From NCBI GenBank assembly GCA_963832165.1, contig CAWHTE010000007.1, forward strand, positions 288,001 through 352,000: 64,000 nucleotides of DNA. The letters run 5' to 3'. The notes under the pieces are model-generated. The model had not been told where the DNA came from, made no database searches, and worked only from the letters and a program-made list of their open reading frames with translations. The stretch's first letter is position 1. Every line of letters begins with the position of its first letter. Positions 29,500 to 39,033 of this stretch are shown here, one piece after another. This stretch comes from an uncultured delta proteobacterium (GTDB lineage Bacteria > Myxococcota_A > UBA9160 > SMWR01). The position numbers were made by a program, and so were the translations under genes.

Positions 29500-30129
29500 T
29501 CAAGCGTCGAGCCAGCCCGCGACCGCGCGCGAGATGTCGCCGATCCCGCACTGGAAGAAGTGATCGGCGTCGGGCACGACCGCGAGGCTGCGCCGCTCCC
29601 CCTCGAACAGCCGGTCGAGCTCGGCCGGCGGTGCGAAGGTGTCGCGATCCCCGGCGACGGCGAGTATGCGGCCGCGGAAGCGATCCAATACGCCGCCGTC
29701 GAGCAGCGCGGGCGGCGGCGCGACCAGGATCAGCCGCCGCACGCGCGGATGCACGATCGCGACGCGCACGGCCGCCGCGGCCCCGAACGAATAGCCCGCC
29801 GCGACGATCGGCCCCGGCACGGTTTCCTCGAGAAAGTCGAGAGCGGCCGCATAGTCGGCGTCGGCCAGCGCGAGATCGCCGGTCGGTGCGCCGCCGCTCG
29901 CGCCCACGCCGCGCCAGTTGAAGCGCACCGTGGCGTGGCCCACCTGCTGACATGCGAAGCTCAGCTCCGAGACGACGGGCGAGTCCATGCTCCCTCCGTA
30001 GAGCGGGTGGGGCGCCGCCACCACCGCGCCGCCGGAATCCGGCCCGTCGCCCGCGTTGAAGATCCCCTCGAGCGCCCAGTCTTCGCCCGGCATCGCGATC
30101 GCGATCATCTTCTCGGTTCGAATCGTCAT
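29500..30129 (-). CDS. Alpha/beta hydrolase
   Basis: PHPLYGGSM, RFNWRGVGAS, nucleophile GYSFG, G.RD and ADHFF. Confidence 0.9.
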   Translation of the reverse strand: MTIRTEKMIAIAMPGEDWALEGIFNAGDGPDSGGAVVAAPHPLYGGSMDSPVVSELSFACQQVGHATVRFNWRGVGASGGAPTGDLALADADYAAALDFLEETVPGPIVAAGYSFGAAAAVRVAIVHPRVRRLILVAPPPALLDGGVLDRFRGRILAVAGDRDTFAPPAELDRLFEGERRSLAVVPDADHFFQCGIGDISRAVAGWLDA

Positions 30130-30168
30130 GCGAGGCCCCCGCGCGGCACCGACGTTACCTTGCCACGC

Positions 30169-30696
30169 ATGTCGAAGCCGATCGCGACCGTAAAGACGGG
30201 CTTCCGCGTCGTGGTGTCGCACGAGCGCGTGACGCTGCCGAACGGCCGCGAGCTCCTGCTCGACATCGTGCACCACCCGGGTGCCGCGGCGGTGGTTCCG
30301 TTCACGGGCGAGCGCGAAGTGGCGCTGATCCGCCAGTACCGCCACGCGGCCGGCGGCACGATCCTCGAGGTGCCCGCCGGCAAGCTCGACGCGGGCGAGG
30401 CGCCCGAGCGCTGCGCGGCGCGCGAGCTCGAAGAGGAGGCCGGCTATCGGGCGGGCCGGATCGCCGCGCTCGGCTCGATCTGGACCACGCCCGGCTTCAC
30501 GGACGAGGTGATCCACTTGTTCGCGGCGTTCGACCTCGAGCCCGTGCCGATGCAGCACGACGACGACGAGGTGATCGAAGTGATCCGCGTGCCGCTCGCG
30601 CACGCGCTCGACCTGGTGTGGCGCGGCGAGCTGCGCGACGCGAAGAGCGCGCTCGCGCTGATCCACGCTGCGCGCCACGTGGGCGTCTTGCAGTGA
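30169..30696 (+). CDS. NUDIX hydrolase (ADP-ribose pyrophosphatase-like)
   Basis: HPGAAAV, RQYR and Nudix box G-KLDAG-E-APERCAA-RELEEEAG. Confidence 0.92.
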   Translation: MSKPIATVKTGFRVVVSHERVTLPNGRELLLDIVHHPGAAAVVPFTGEREVALIRQYRHAAGGTILEVPAGKLDAGEAPERCAARELEEEAGYRAGRIAALGSIWTTPGFTDEVIHLFAAFDLEPVPMQHDDDEVIEVIRVPLAHALDLVWRGELRDAKSALALIHAARHVGVLQ

Positions 30697-31622
30697 AGTG
30701 GGGTGTGGCCCTGGGCTGGCACAGCCTCGCCTGGGAAGAGCTTGTGGCGCTGGTCTCGCGCGCCGAGGCGCTCGGATACGACACGGCGTACATCGACGGC
30801 GACGTCAGCCAGCTCGCGGTGCGGCGCGAGACCGACGTGCTCGACGGCTGGAGTGCGACGATCGCGCTGCTCGTGCGCACGCAGCGAATCCGGATCGCCT
30901 CGATCCGCCTCGTGCAGCACTGGAACGCCGCGCACCTCGCGCAGGTCGCGTCCACCGCGGAGCGGATCGCGCCGGGCCGCTTCCACTTCTTCGCATCGAT
31001 CGGCGACCGCCCCGAGGATCGCGCGTGGGGGCTGCCGCTCCTGCCCGCGCGCGAGCGCGTCGAGTGGCTCGACGAGACGCTCGACGCGGTGCGCGCGCTC
31101 TGGCGCGGCGAGACCGTGACGCGCTCGGGCCGCCACGTCTCGCTCGAGGGGGCGCGCGTGCGCCCGGTGCCGCCGGGCGGCCGGATCCCGATCGAGGTGG
31201 CCGCGAAGGGCAAGCGCCTGCTCGCCGTGGTCGCGCGTCACGCGGACATCTGGAACGTGAACTGGCCTGCGATCCCGGCGCGCGTCGATGCGTCGGCCGC
31301 GGAGCTCGAGCGGGAGTGCCGCGCGCTGGGGCGCCCGCCCGAGGCGATCCGCCGCCGGCTCTGGATCTTCACGCGCCCCCAGAGCCTGTCCGCGGTCGAG
31401 GCGCTCGCGGAATTCCGGCGCTGGAACCCGTGGTTCCGCACGCTGTCCGATGAGGAGGTCGCGCCCGCGCTCGCGGTCGGTACCCCGGCCGAGTGCCGCG
31501 ACCGGATCGCCTCGCTGGCCGCCCGACTGCACCTGGAGATGCCGGTACTCGACCTGTCGGGGCTGGACGCGGCGCGGGCTCGGGAAGCACTCGAGGCCCT
31601 TCCCGCGGGAAGTCTTCGTTGA
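30693..31622 (+). CDS. LLM-class flavin-dependent oxidoreductase
   Basis: AEALGYD...D, PGRF, LDETLDAVRALWRGE.V...G and VARHAD.WN. GTG start overlaps the upstream stop. Confidence 0.82.
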   Translation: MKWGVALGWHSLAWEELVALVSRAEALGYDTAYIDGDVSQLAVRRETDVLDGWSATIALLVRTQRIRIASIRLVQHWNAAHLAQVASTAERIAPGRFHFFASIGDRPEDRAWGLPLLPARERVEWLDETLDAVRALWRGETVTRSGRHVSLEGARVRPVPPGGRIPIEVAAKGKRLLAVVARHADIWNVNWPAIPARVDASAAELERECRALGRPPEAIRRRLWIFTRPQSLSAVEALAEFRRWNPWFRTLSDEEVAPALAVGTPAECRDRIASLAARLHLEMPVLDLSGLDAARAREALEALPAGSLR

Positions 31623-31648
31623 CGCGCGCCTTCACCGTGCCGTAATCT
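31619..31648 (+). promoter_or_regulatory. Possible sigma70 promoter of the rhomboid operon
   Basis: TTGACG-18 nt-TAATCT. Confidence 0.45.
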
Positions 31649-31763
31649 GATTTGGATTCGCGGGATACGCGCGCCCTTCCCGCCAATCGATGGATTCGAC
31701 ACGTTCTGCTGCCACGTCCGCGCGCCGGACGCAGCGCGAATCCGTAGCGGGGGACTGAAGCGA

Positions 31764-32541
31764 GTGTACGGTGGACGCGGGTATCGGCCGTCAGGCGGCA
31801 CAGGGACAGGCATGGGATTCGGGCCGCCATTCACGCCGCCGATCGTCAAGCAACTGTTGATCACGATCGCGTGCGTCTTCCTCGCGCAGAATCTCGCGCC
31901 CGGGGTCGGCTCGCTGCTCGCCGTGCGACCCGAGGATGTCTGGCAACGCGGCTACTTCTGGGAGCCGTTCACCTACATGTGGCTGCACAGCGGGCTCGGC
32001 CACATCGTGATGAACTGCTTCGTGCTCTGGATGTTCGGTGCGCCGCTCGCGATGGCCTGGGGGGCGAAGCGATTCCTGCGCTTCTACCTGATCTGCGGCG
32101 TCGGCGCGGGCGTGTTCATCGCGACCGTCCCGTACCTGCTCTACGCGCTCGGCGCGCCGCGCTGTGACGCTCTCGATTCCCACGCTCGGCGCCTCCGGTG
32201 CGATCTACGGCGTGATCCTCGCGTACTCGCTCACCTGGCCCGAGCGCACGATCATGCTGATCTTCCCTCCGGTCGCGTTCCGCGCGATCTGGCTGATTCC
32301 CGCGCTGTTCTTCATGTCGCTCTTGTTCGACCCGGGCAACGTGAGCCACGTCGGACATCTGTCCGGCGCCGCGGTGGGCTGGTTCTTCCTGCGCAGCACC
32401 GGCGACGCGGGCGCGCAGCAGTTCTCGCTCGCGATGATCAAGCACCGCTGGCGCCGCTGGCGCATGCGCCAAAAGCTCCGGGCCGTGCAGTACGAAGAAT
32501 GGGAGTCGAAACGGCGCGAGCGGGACCGCCGCTTCCACTGA
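31764..32541 (+). pseudogene. Rhomboid intramembrane serine protease with +1 frameshift near 32160 (pseudogene or sequencing error)
   Basis: N-half (FTYMWLH, HIVMN) is in the frame of 31764; C-half with catalytic GASG and HVGHLSG is in the frame of 32164. Confidence 0.8.
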
Positions 32542-32553
32542 GATGCCATCAAG

Positions 32554-33438
32554 ATGAGCTGGGGACGCGACCGAGATCACGACGAAGAGCCGGCGCAGGG
32601 CCTGAAGGCGCTGTTGCGGAGTCTTCTGCCCGGGATTCCCTGGGCGGAGCGCGCCGAGACCAAAGAGACGAAGGTGTTTCCGGCGCCGAAGAGCCACGTG
32701 TTCAAGGTCCACAACTCGAACGGCGTCACGCGGATCACGGGCGAGGACCGCGACGACATCGAGGTCACCGCGCACAAGACCGCGCGCGCAGAATCGCGCG
32801 AGGCCGCCGAGGCACTGCTCGGGGAGATCCGGCTCGCCGTCTACGACATGAACGACAAGCTCGGCCTCGAGGTCGAGGTGCCGCGCAAGTGGAACCGCCG
32901 CGGCAGCGCGAACCTGTGCATCAAGCTGCCGCGCGCGATGGAGGTGTGGGTCGCCGCCGCAAACGGGCGCATCGACGTCGAGGGGATCCGCGGGCTCGTG
33001 CGCGCCAAGTCGACGAACGGGTCGGCGAAGGTCAGCGACGTGATCGGCGACATCGAGATCAACACCACCAACGCCAAGGTCTCGTGCTCGTGTACGTGCG
33101 GCAAGCTGATCGCGCGCTCGAGCAACGGCAAGATCGAGATCGAGCAGCATCGCGGCTCGGTGGACGCTTCGACGAGCAACGGGCTGATCCGCGCCTCGCT
33201 CGACGACCTCGGCGCCGAGGGCGTTCAGCTCGCCACGAGCAACGGCCGGATCGTGCTCGACCTGCCCGAGCACGTCGATGCGGACGTCGACATCCGCGTC
33301 GACAACGGCGTGATCCGCAACGACCGCGAGCTGTGTCCGAAGGGCCGCGAGACCAACGGCCGCGTCGCAGGTCGGCTCGGCCTCGGCGGCAAGCTGATCA
33401 AGCTGCGGACTTCGAACGGGTCAGTGTCGCTGCACTGA
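32554..33438 (+). CDS. DUF4097 beta-strand-repeat (putative adhesin) protein
   Basis: Repeated S/T-S-N-G-x-I units (SNGVT, ANGRI, TNGSA, SNGKI, SNGLI, SNGRI). Confidence 0.85.
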   Translation: MSWGRDRDHDEEPAQGLKALLRSLLPGIPWAERAETKETKVFPAPKSHVFKVHNSNGVTRITGEDRDDIEVTAHKTARAESREAAEALLGEIRLAVYDMNDKLGLEVEVPRKWNRRGSANLCIKLPRAMEVWVAAANGRIDVEGIRGLVRAKSTNGSAKVSDVIGDIEINTTNAKVSCSCTCGKLIARSSNGKIEIEQHRGSVDASTSNGLIRASLDDLGAEGVQLATSNGRIVLDLPEHVDADVDIRVDNGVIRNDRELCPKGRETNGRVAGRLGLGGKLIKLRTSNGSVSLH

Positions 33439-33448
33439 CCCTGCGAAG

Positions 33449-34489
33449 TCAGGGCTGACCGAGCGGGCGGCGGATCTTCTCGCCCTCGCGCTCGAACACG
33501 ACGCCCGACGGCTCGATCGCCGAGACGATCAATCCGTCGATCACGTCGCCCTCGACGACGCGCTGCGCGTCGGTCTCGCCGGGAACGCGCAGCCACGCAC
33601 TGCGGCGATCCGCGAGCGGATGCCACTGCGTCTTCTCGACCGAGACCGCGATCGTCGGGACCGCGGGCGGCGCGGGTACAGGTGCGCGCGCCTCTTTCGC
33701 GGGCGCACGCCGCGCGACGGGCTTGGACGGCGCGGACTTCGCAGCCGCGACCTTCGGCGCGGGTGCCGGCGCGGGTGCGGGCTCCGCGGCGGGCGCTTGC
33801 GCGACGGGCGGAGGAGCCGGCGGAGCGACCGGAGCCGGCACGGGCTCGGGAGCCGTCGGCGCTGCGGCGCTCGCGATCGGCGCGGGTGCGGGCGCGGCCG
33901 AAGCCACTTCCACGGGTGCGGACTGCGCCTCCTGCACGGGCACGGGATCCGGCGAGATCGGCGGTGCGGGCGGCACGGGCGCGGGAGGCAGTCCGCGACG
34001 CGCTCGCTCGGCCGCGTTGTATTCCGCGAGCGCCGCCTGACGCGCGCGCTCCGCGGCGGCCGAGTTCGTCACGGGCCGCACCGAGCCCGGAGCGGGATCC
34101 CCCGAATCCGGCTCCATCGGCTCGCTGTCGGACATGCGCGGAAGCGCGTCGGGACGGTCGACGAGCTCCACGTCGGACGCGAACGCCTGATCGGGCAGCC
34201 CGGGGACTCGCGCGGGCTCGGGCGGCGCGACCGCGGTCGGCGGAGCCACCGCGGGAGCTGCCGAGGCGACCACGGGCGCCGGGGTCTGATTTCCGAACAG
34301 CCACCAGATCACGCCGCCGCCCGCGCCGACGCCGAGCACCAGCGACAACGCGGCGGCGAGCCAGCCGGTGCGGCGCGAGCGCAGCGCGCCACGCGGGGCG
34401 CTCGCGATCTGCTCGCGCAGCGGACGAGGCTCCTCGCTGGCGGCCTTCTCCTCTTCCAGCCGGCGCAGCGCCTTGAGGATCGTGCTCAA
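33449..34489 (-). CDS. GspB/ExeB-like protein
   Basis: MSTILKALRRLEEE N-terminus, TM, Pro/Ala-rich linker and C-terminal V.EGD.IDGL.V..IEP.GVVF. Directly downstream of ExeA. Confidence 0.75.
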   Translation of the reverse strand: MSTILKALRRLEEEKAASEEPRPLREQIASAPRGALRSRRTGWLAAALSLVLGVGAGGGVIWWLFGNQTPAPVVASAAPAVAPPTAVAPPEPARVPGLPDQAFASDVELVDRPDALPRMSDSEPMEPDSGDPAPGSVRPVTNSAAAERARQAALAEYNAAERARRGLPPAPVPPAPPISPDPVPVQEAQSAPVEVASAAPAPAPIASAAAPTAPEPVPAPVAPPAPPPVAQAPAAEPAPAPAPAPKVAAAKSAPSKPVARRAPAKEARAPVPAPPAVPTIAVSVEKTQWHPLADRRSAWLRVPGETDAQRVVEGDVIDGLIVSAIEPSGVVFEREGEKIRRPLGQP

Positions 34490-35352
34490 TCGGACCTCTT
34501 CCTGGCCAGCATCCGCCAGCGCGGCTTCACTCTCCCGCGCCGCCGGCTCCGGGCGCGCAGGATCTCTCGGGCGGCGCGGCCCACGTGCGCGCGCTCGACC
34601 CGCAAAGAGCCGTCAGCATAGCCCGCGAGCAGAGCGCGGTCCGCGAGCAGGTTGACCAGGCGCGGCACGCCGCGCGAGCGGCGGCGCAGCTCGCGCAGCG
34701 CCGCGGGCGTGAACAGATCGGTTTCGCTGCCCGCGGCGATCCGCAGGCGATGGAGCACGTAGTCGCACGCTTCGGGGTCCGTGAGCGGGTCGAGCCGCCA
34801 GCGCACGCCGATGCGCTGGCGCAGCTGGCGCAGCTCCGGCGAGTCGAGCAGCGCGTCGAGCTCCGGCTGCCCGAACAGCACGATCTGGAGCAGCTTCTCC
34901 GTGGTGGTCTCGAGGTTCGAGAGCATGCGCAGCTCTTCGAGCGTATCGACGGGCAGGTTCTGCGCCTCGTCGACGAGCAGCAGCACGCGCCGGTGATTGC
35001 GGCTCGCATCGAGCAGGAAGCGGTTGAGCTGGTCGAGCAGCTCTGCGCGCGTGCCTTCGCACGGCAGGGCGAGCTCGCGCGAGACCGCCTGCAAGAGCTC
35101 GAGCCCCGTGAGCCGCGGGTTGAACAGGTACGCCACCTCGGAGTCCGCGCCGAGCCGCTCGAGCAACGTGCGGCACAGCGTGGTCTTGCCCGTGCCGACC
35201 TCGCCCGTGACCGCGATGAAGCCCTCGCCCTGCTCGATTCCGTAGAGCAGGTGGGCGAGCGCCTCGCGATGCGAGCTGGAGAGGTAGAGGAAGCGCGGGT
35301 CGGGCGTCAGAGAGAACGGCTTCTCTCGCAGCCCGTAGTGCCGGATGTACAT
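34486..35352 (-). CDS. ExeA/GspA-family AAA ATPase
   Basis: YGLREKPFSLTPDPRFLY, GEVGTGKTT, VDEAQNL, LFGQPEL, GVPRLVN. Confidence 0.92.
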   Translation of the reverse strand: MYIRHYGLREKPFSLTPDPRFLYLSSSHREALAHLLYGIEQGEGFIAVTGEVGTGKTTLCRTLLERLGADSEVAYLFNPRLTGLELLQAVSRELALPCEGTRAELLDQLNRFLLDASRNHRRVLLLVDEAQNLPVDTLEELRMLSNLETTTEKLLQIVLFGQPELDALLDSPELRQLRQRIGVRWRLDPLTDPEACDYVLHRLRIAAGSETDLFTPAALRELRRRSRGVPRLVNLLADRALLAGYADGSLRVERAHVGRAAREILRARSRRRGRVKPRWRMLARKRSD

Positions 35353-35430
35353 TAGGCGCCCTCGCCCCTCGCGGGTGCGTGCGCGCACCCAGCTTCCTTT
35401 TCGGCATACGCCCGATACAAAAGAGCGCGC

Positions 35431-36276
35431 ATGACGACCGAGGCCCGCACCCGAGCCCGCAGCGCCCCGGCCGGCGCGGACGTGGGCGCCACGCTCGTGA
35501 AGCTCGCCGTGCGCGGAGCGGGCGGGGAGACCACCACCGAGACCCTGCCCGCCGATGCGCTCGATGCGGTCGCACAGCGGCTGGACGAGCTGGCGCCGAG
35601 CGGGCTCGGCCTCACGGGAGGCGGCGCGCCGCGACTCGCCGCGCGCCTCGCGCGGCCGGCCGTGATGGTGGACGAGTTCGAGGCCTGGGCCGAGGGCGCC
35701 CGCCAGCTGCTCGCGCGCGAGGCGCCGGAGCGCTTCCTCGTGGTGTCGGTCGGCACGGGGACGTCGGCGCTCCTGGTCGAGCCCGGCCGCGTCACGCGCG
35801 CGGGCGGAACCGCGCTGGGCGGCGGCACGATCGTGGGTCTGGCCAGTGCGCTATGCCGCGAGCGCGACTTCGACGCGATCGCGGCACTCGCGCAGCGCGG
35901 CGATCGCCGCCGCGTCGATCTCCTGATCCGCGACATCTACCCGACCGGCGACTTCCTGCTGCCGGGCGACATCAATGCGGCCTCGTTCGCAAAGCTCGCG
36001 CGCCCGGACAGTGAGCCCGCCGCCGCGGCCGATCTCGCGCACGGGATCATGGGTCTGGTCGGCGAGAACGTCGGGCTGATCTGCGCGGGGCTCGCCGCGC
36101 GCCACTCCGTCGAGCTGATCGCGTTCGGCGGCTCCACGCTGCGCGCGAATCCGACGCTCACCGCGATCCTGGGCGCGGTGAGCGCAATGCTCGGGCGCTC
36201 GCCCCGATTCCTCGCTGAAGGGCAGTACGCGGGCGCGGTTGGCGCGCTCGCGATCGCCGAGGCCGCTACGGGGTGA
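35431..36276 (+). CDS. coaW: Type II pantothenate kinase (CoaW/fumble-like)
   Basis: DVGATLVK, LTGGGA, EFEAW.EG, SVGTGTS, GGTALGGGT, GDRRRVDL.I.DIY and ASFAK. Confidence 0.85.
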   Translation: MTTEARTRARSAPAGADVGATLVKLAVRGAGGETTTETLPADALDAVAQRLDELAPSGLGLTGGGAPRLAARLARPAVMVDEFEAWAEGARQLLAREAPERFLVVSVGTGTSALLVEPGRVTRAGGTALGGGTIVGLASALCRERDFDAIAALAQRGDRRRVDLLIRDIYPTGDFLLPGDINAASFAKLARPDSEPAAAADLAHGIMGLVGENVGLICAGLAARHSVELIAFGGSTLRANPTLTAILGAVSAMLGRSPRFLAEGQYAGAVGALAIAEAATG

Positions 36277-38104
36277 CGCGGGTCTTGGCCTGCGTGTCGC
36301 CGTCGCGCAGCGCGGGCTCGGACGCTTTGTCTTCCTCGCCGCGGTTCATCGTGCGCAGTGCGCGCTGGGTGCGCGCGATCGCCGCGCGCTGAACGCGCAG
36401 CTCCTCGCTCTGCGCGGCAACCTGGCGCTCGAGCTTCTCGCGCGCCTCGTTCGACTCGTCGAGTCGCGCCTCGAGCGTCGCGATCTTGCGCTCGAGTTCC
36501 TGGAACATGCGGGTGAAGTCGGGCGAGGGTGCCGGTGACGGTGCCGCTGAGCCTCCCATGCGGGCGGCGGGCGGAGTCATGCGCCGGGGCATTTCCATTT
36601 CCTGTTCCATCGGAGCGTCTCCCTCTGTCGCATCGGAGTCACCGGGTGAATCGCCGGCGTCATCGAAGAGCGAATTTTCGGCTGCTGCGGGCTGCGCTGC
36701 GGGGCGCAGCGGCGCGGCGGGCCACAGTGGCCCGGCCGGCTTCTCGAACAACCCTCCGAACGGGCTGTTCGAAGTGATCGGCGTGTCGGCGACGTCGTCC
36801 ATCGCGAATCCGCCGGAGGGGATCCGCCCGGACGCTTCGGAGAACTCGTCGTCGGAGCTCTCCTCTACTTCGTCTGCGATGGCAGTGACGTCGAGGTCGT
36901 TCGGAAGCGCGCGGCGGCGGCGCAGCACCAGCACGATCGTGCCCAGACCCAGCAGCGCCGCGGCGGCCGCGCCCATCCAGATCGGATCGCTCGTGAGTCG
37001 CTCGCTCCAGCCCATCTCGGGCTCGGACGGCGCAGCCGGTGTCACCTGCGGCGCAGGCACCGGCTTGGGTACCGGAGCCGGCAGCGCCGCTGTGGGCGGC
37101 ATGGGCTTCGGCTCGGCCGGCGGGAGCTTCGCGACACCCTCCGGTGTCGGAGGAACGGCCGGCGGCGGCGTGATCGCGCTCGGTGTGGGTACGGGCGCCT
37201 GCGCCGACTGAGGCGGCGTGATCGCGGGCCCCTCGAGCTTCGCCCCGGGCGCGGTCGGGCTCGGCGGAGCCGGCGGTAGCGCCGGGGTCGGCGCCGGAGT
37301 CGCAGCGGCCTTCGGCGCTTCGGCCGTCTTCAGTGCTTCGGGAGCCGGTGCGGGCTTCGGGGCCTGCGCGGTCTTCGGAACCTCGGGAACAGGTGCGGGC
37401 TTCGGGGCCTGCGCGGTCTTCGGAGCCTCGGGAACGGGTGCGGGCTTCGGAGCCTCGGGAACGGGTGCGGGCTTCGGAGCCTGCGCCGTCTTCGGCGCTT
37501 CGGGAGCCGGCGAGGCCTTGGGCGCGGGGGCCGGGGCGGGCGGGGTGGGCTTCGCCGAAGACCCCGCGTGCCGGATCTCCGCGATCTTGCTCTGGGGCTT
37601 CGTCTCGGCCGGCTTGGCCTCCGGAGCCTTGGTCGCAGCGGGCTTGCTCTGCGCGGCCTTGGTCTCTGTCGGCTTGCTCTGTGCGGGCTTGCCCGCGGCC
37701 GCGAGCGCCGTCTCGGGCTTCATCACATCGAGCACGATCCGAGGCGGATCGGACATCATCATCTCGCGCACTCGCAGGCCCGACTGGCGCAGCGCGATGT
37801 GCGCGCGCGCCTTGGTGCCGGCGTCGACCTTCACGCCGCGGACGTCGCCAGACGAACGCAGCTCGCGCGCCGACGACGACGCCTCGATCGTGATCCGCAG
37901 CTCGGGCGCCGCGTCAGTGCCGACGCGCTCCACGCGGTAGCCAGCGCGGCCGTCGAGCTCGAACACGATGCGCGTGTACTTCGGATGCGCGCCCACGCGC
38001 ACCGCGGTGATCTGCGCCGCCAGGGCCGGAACCGCCGTGCACAGCGCTGCCACCGCGGCGAGCGCGGGAAGCATGCGCGGGCGGCGATGGTGCGGCAGGT
38101 GCAT
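36266..38104 (-). CDS. AMIN-domain envelope protein with Pro-rich linker, single TM and cytoplasmic acidic/coiled-coil tail
   Basis: Signal peptide; ITAVRVGAH..YTRIVFELD...PPRIVLDV; TM followed by RRRR; C-terminal heptads. Start could be 38104 or 38074. Confidence 0.7.
   Translation of the reverse strand: MHLPHHRRPRMLPALAAVAALCTAVPALAAQITAVRVGAHPKYTRIVFELDGRAGYRVERVGTDAAPELRITIEASSSARELRSSGDVRGVKVDAGTKARAHIALRQSGLRVREMMMSDPPRIVLDVMKPETALAAAGKPAQSKPTETKAAQSKPAATKAPEAKPAETKPQSKIAEIRHAGSSAKPTPPAPAPAPKASPAPEAPKTAQAPKPAPVPEAPKPAPVPEAPKTAQAPKPAPVPEVPKTAQAPKPAPAPEALKTAEAPKAAATPAPTPALPPAPPSPTAPGAKLEGPAITPPQSAQAPVPTPSAITPPPAVPPTPEGVAKLPPAEPKPMPPTAALPAPVPKPVPAPQVTPAAPSEPEMGWSERLTSDPIWMGAAAAALLGLGTIVLVLRRRRALPNDLDVTAIADEVEESSDDEFSEASGRIPSGGFAMDDVADTPITSNSPFGGLFEKPAGPLWPAAPLRPAAQPAAAENSLFDDAGDSPGDSDATEGDAPMEQEMEMPRRMTPPAARMGGSAAPSPAPSPDFTRMFQELERKIATLEARLDESNEAREKLERQVAAQSEELRVQRAAIARTQRALRTMNRGEEDKASEPALRDGDTQAKTRVTP
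37347..37508 (-). repeat. Intragenic tandem repeat (45-bp and 27-bp units) encoding APKTAQAPKPAPVPE
   Basis: Units start at 37347, 37392, 37437 (27 bp) and 37464. Confidence 0.85.
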
Positions 38105-38151
38105 CGGGCAGGCGTACTCCGAGCCTGGATAGGCCCCTTCTGATGCGCAGC

Positions 38152-38179
38152 GTATCGGCAACGCGCCGGCAGCGCTTGA
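38152..38179 (-). promoter_or_regulatory. Sigma28 (FliA/WhiG)-type promoter candidate
   Basis: Minus strand reads TCAAG-15 nt-GCCGATAC, upstream of the AMIN gene. Confidence 0.5.
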
Positions 38180-38229
38180 CCGCAATCAGGAGGTGCGGCG
38201 CGGGTTCCGGAAGGGGTGCGGCTTAATGC

Positions 38230-39033
38230 CTACGCCTGCTTCCCGGGCCCTCGCGGAGGCTCCGCGAGCAGCGCCGACACCTGCGCGATCGCGCGCGCGA
38301 TACGAGGACCGTACCAGGAGATCAGCGTGCCATCGAGGCAGTGGATGCGGCCCGCGGCCGCGGCGGGAATCGCGAGCGCGGAGAGCTCCGCGACGTCGCG
38401 CGCGCCGAACGCGTAGGGCTCGTCCGGCAACAGGATCACCTCGGGCTGCGCCACAGCGATCTCTGCCTCGTCCACGATCGGGTAGCGGCGCTCGCTGTGA
38501 TCGCGAAACACATTCAGGCCGCCGCATAACGCGATCAGATCGTCCGCGTAGGTGTCGGCGCCGACCGCCATCCACGGCCGCTTCCAGATCGCGCAGAACA
38601 CGCGCGGGCGGCGCGCGGGCGCGCTGCTCTGCGCGCGCTCTAGCGCGATCTCGAGCGAGCGAAGCAGCGGCTGTGCGCGCTCGGGCGGTGCACCGAGCTC
38701 CGCGAGCTCGCGCACGAGCGCGACGCCGTCCGCGACGGTGCGCGGGTAGGTCACCCACACAGGGACGCCCGCGTCGCGCAAGCGCTCGACGTCGCGCTCG
38801 CGGTTCTCCTCCTGGTTCGCGATCACGAGGTCGGGGCGCAGCTCGAGGATGCGCGCGATCGACGGATTCTTCGTGCCGCCGACCTTGGGCAGCTCCGCGA
38901 CGGCGTCGGCCGGATGGATACACCAATCCGTGACACCCACGACGCGCGGCCCGAGTCCGAGCTCGAACAACGCCTCGGTGAGGCTCGGCACCAGCGAGAC
39001 GATCCGACGCGCTGCGGCTTGATCCGCGCTCAC
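38230..39033 (-). CDS. Helical-backbone metal/cobalamin-binding protein (BtuF-like)
   Basis: RIVSLVPSLTE, VGVTDWC.HP, VGGTKNP, NQEEN, LPDEPYAF and SWYGPR. Confidence 0.85.
   Translation of the reverse strand: MSADQAAARRIVSLVPSLTEALFELGLGPRVVGVTDWCIHPADAVAELPKVGGTKNPSIARILELRPDLVIANQEENRERDVERLRDAGVPVWVTYPRTVADGVALVRELAELGAPPERAQPLLRSLEIALERAQSSAPARRPRVFCAIWKRPWMAVGADTYADDLIALCGGLNVFRDHSERRYPIVDEAEIAVAQPEVILLPDEPYAFGARDVAELSALAIPAAAAGRIHCLDGTLISWYGPRIARAIAQVSALLAEPPRGPGKQA

Noticed and set aside
31764..33458. 564-aa rhomboid fusion ORF
   Set aside because: Artefact of the frameshift at ~32160; the downstream part is out-of-frame sequence over the rhomboid C-half and the DUF4097 gene.
37347..37508. 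Tandem repeats as a possible CRISPR array
   Set aside because: They are in-frame coding repeats with no unique spacers, and there are no cas genes.
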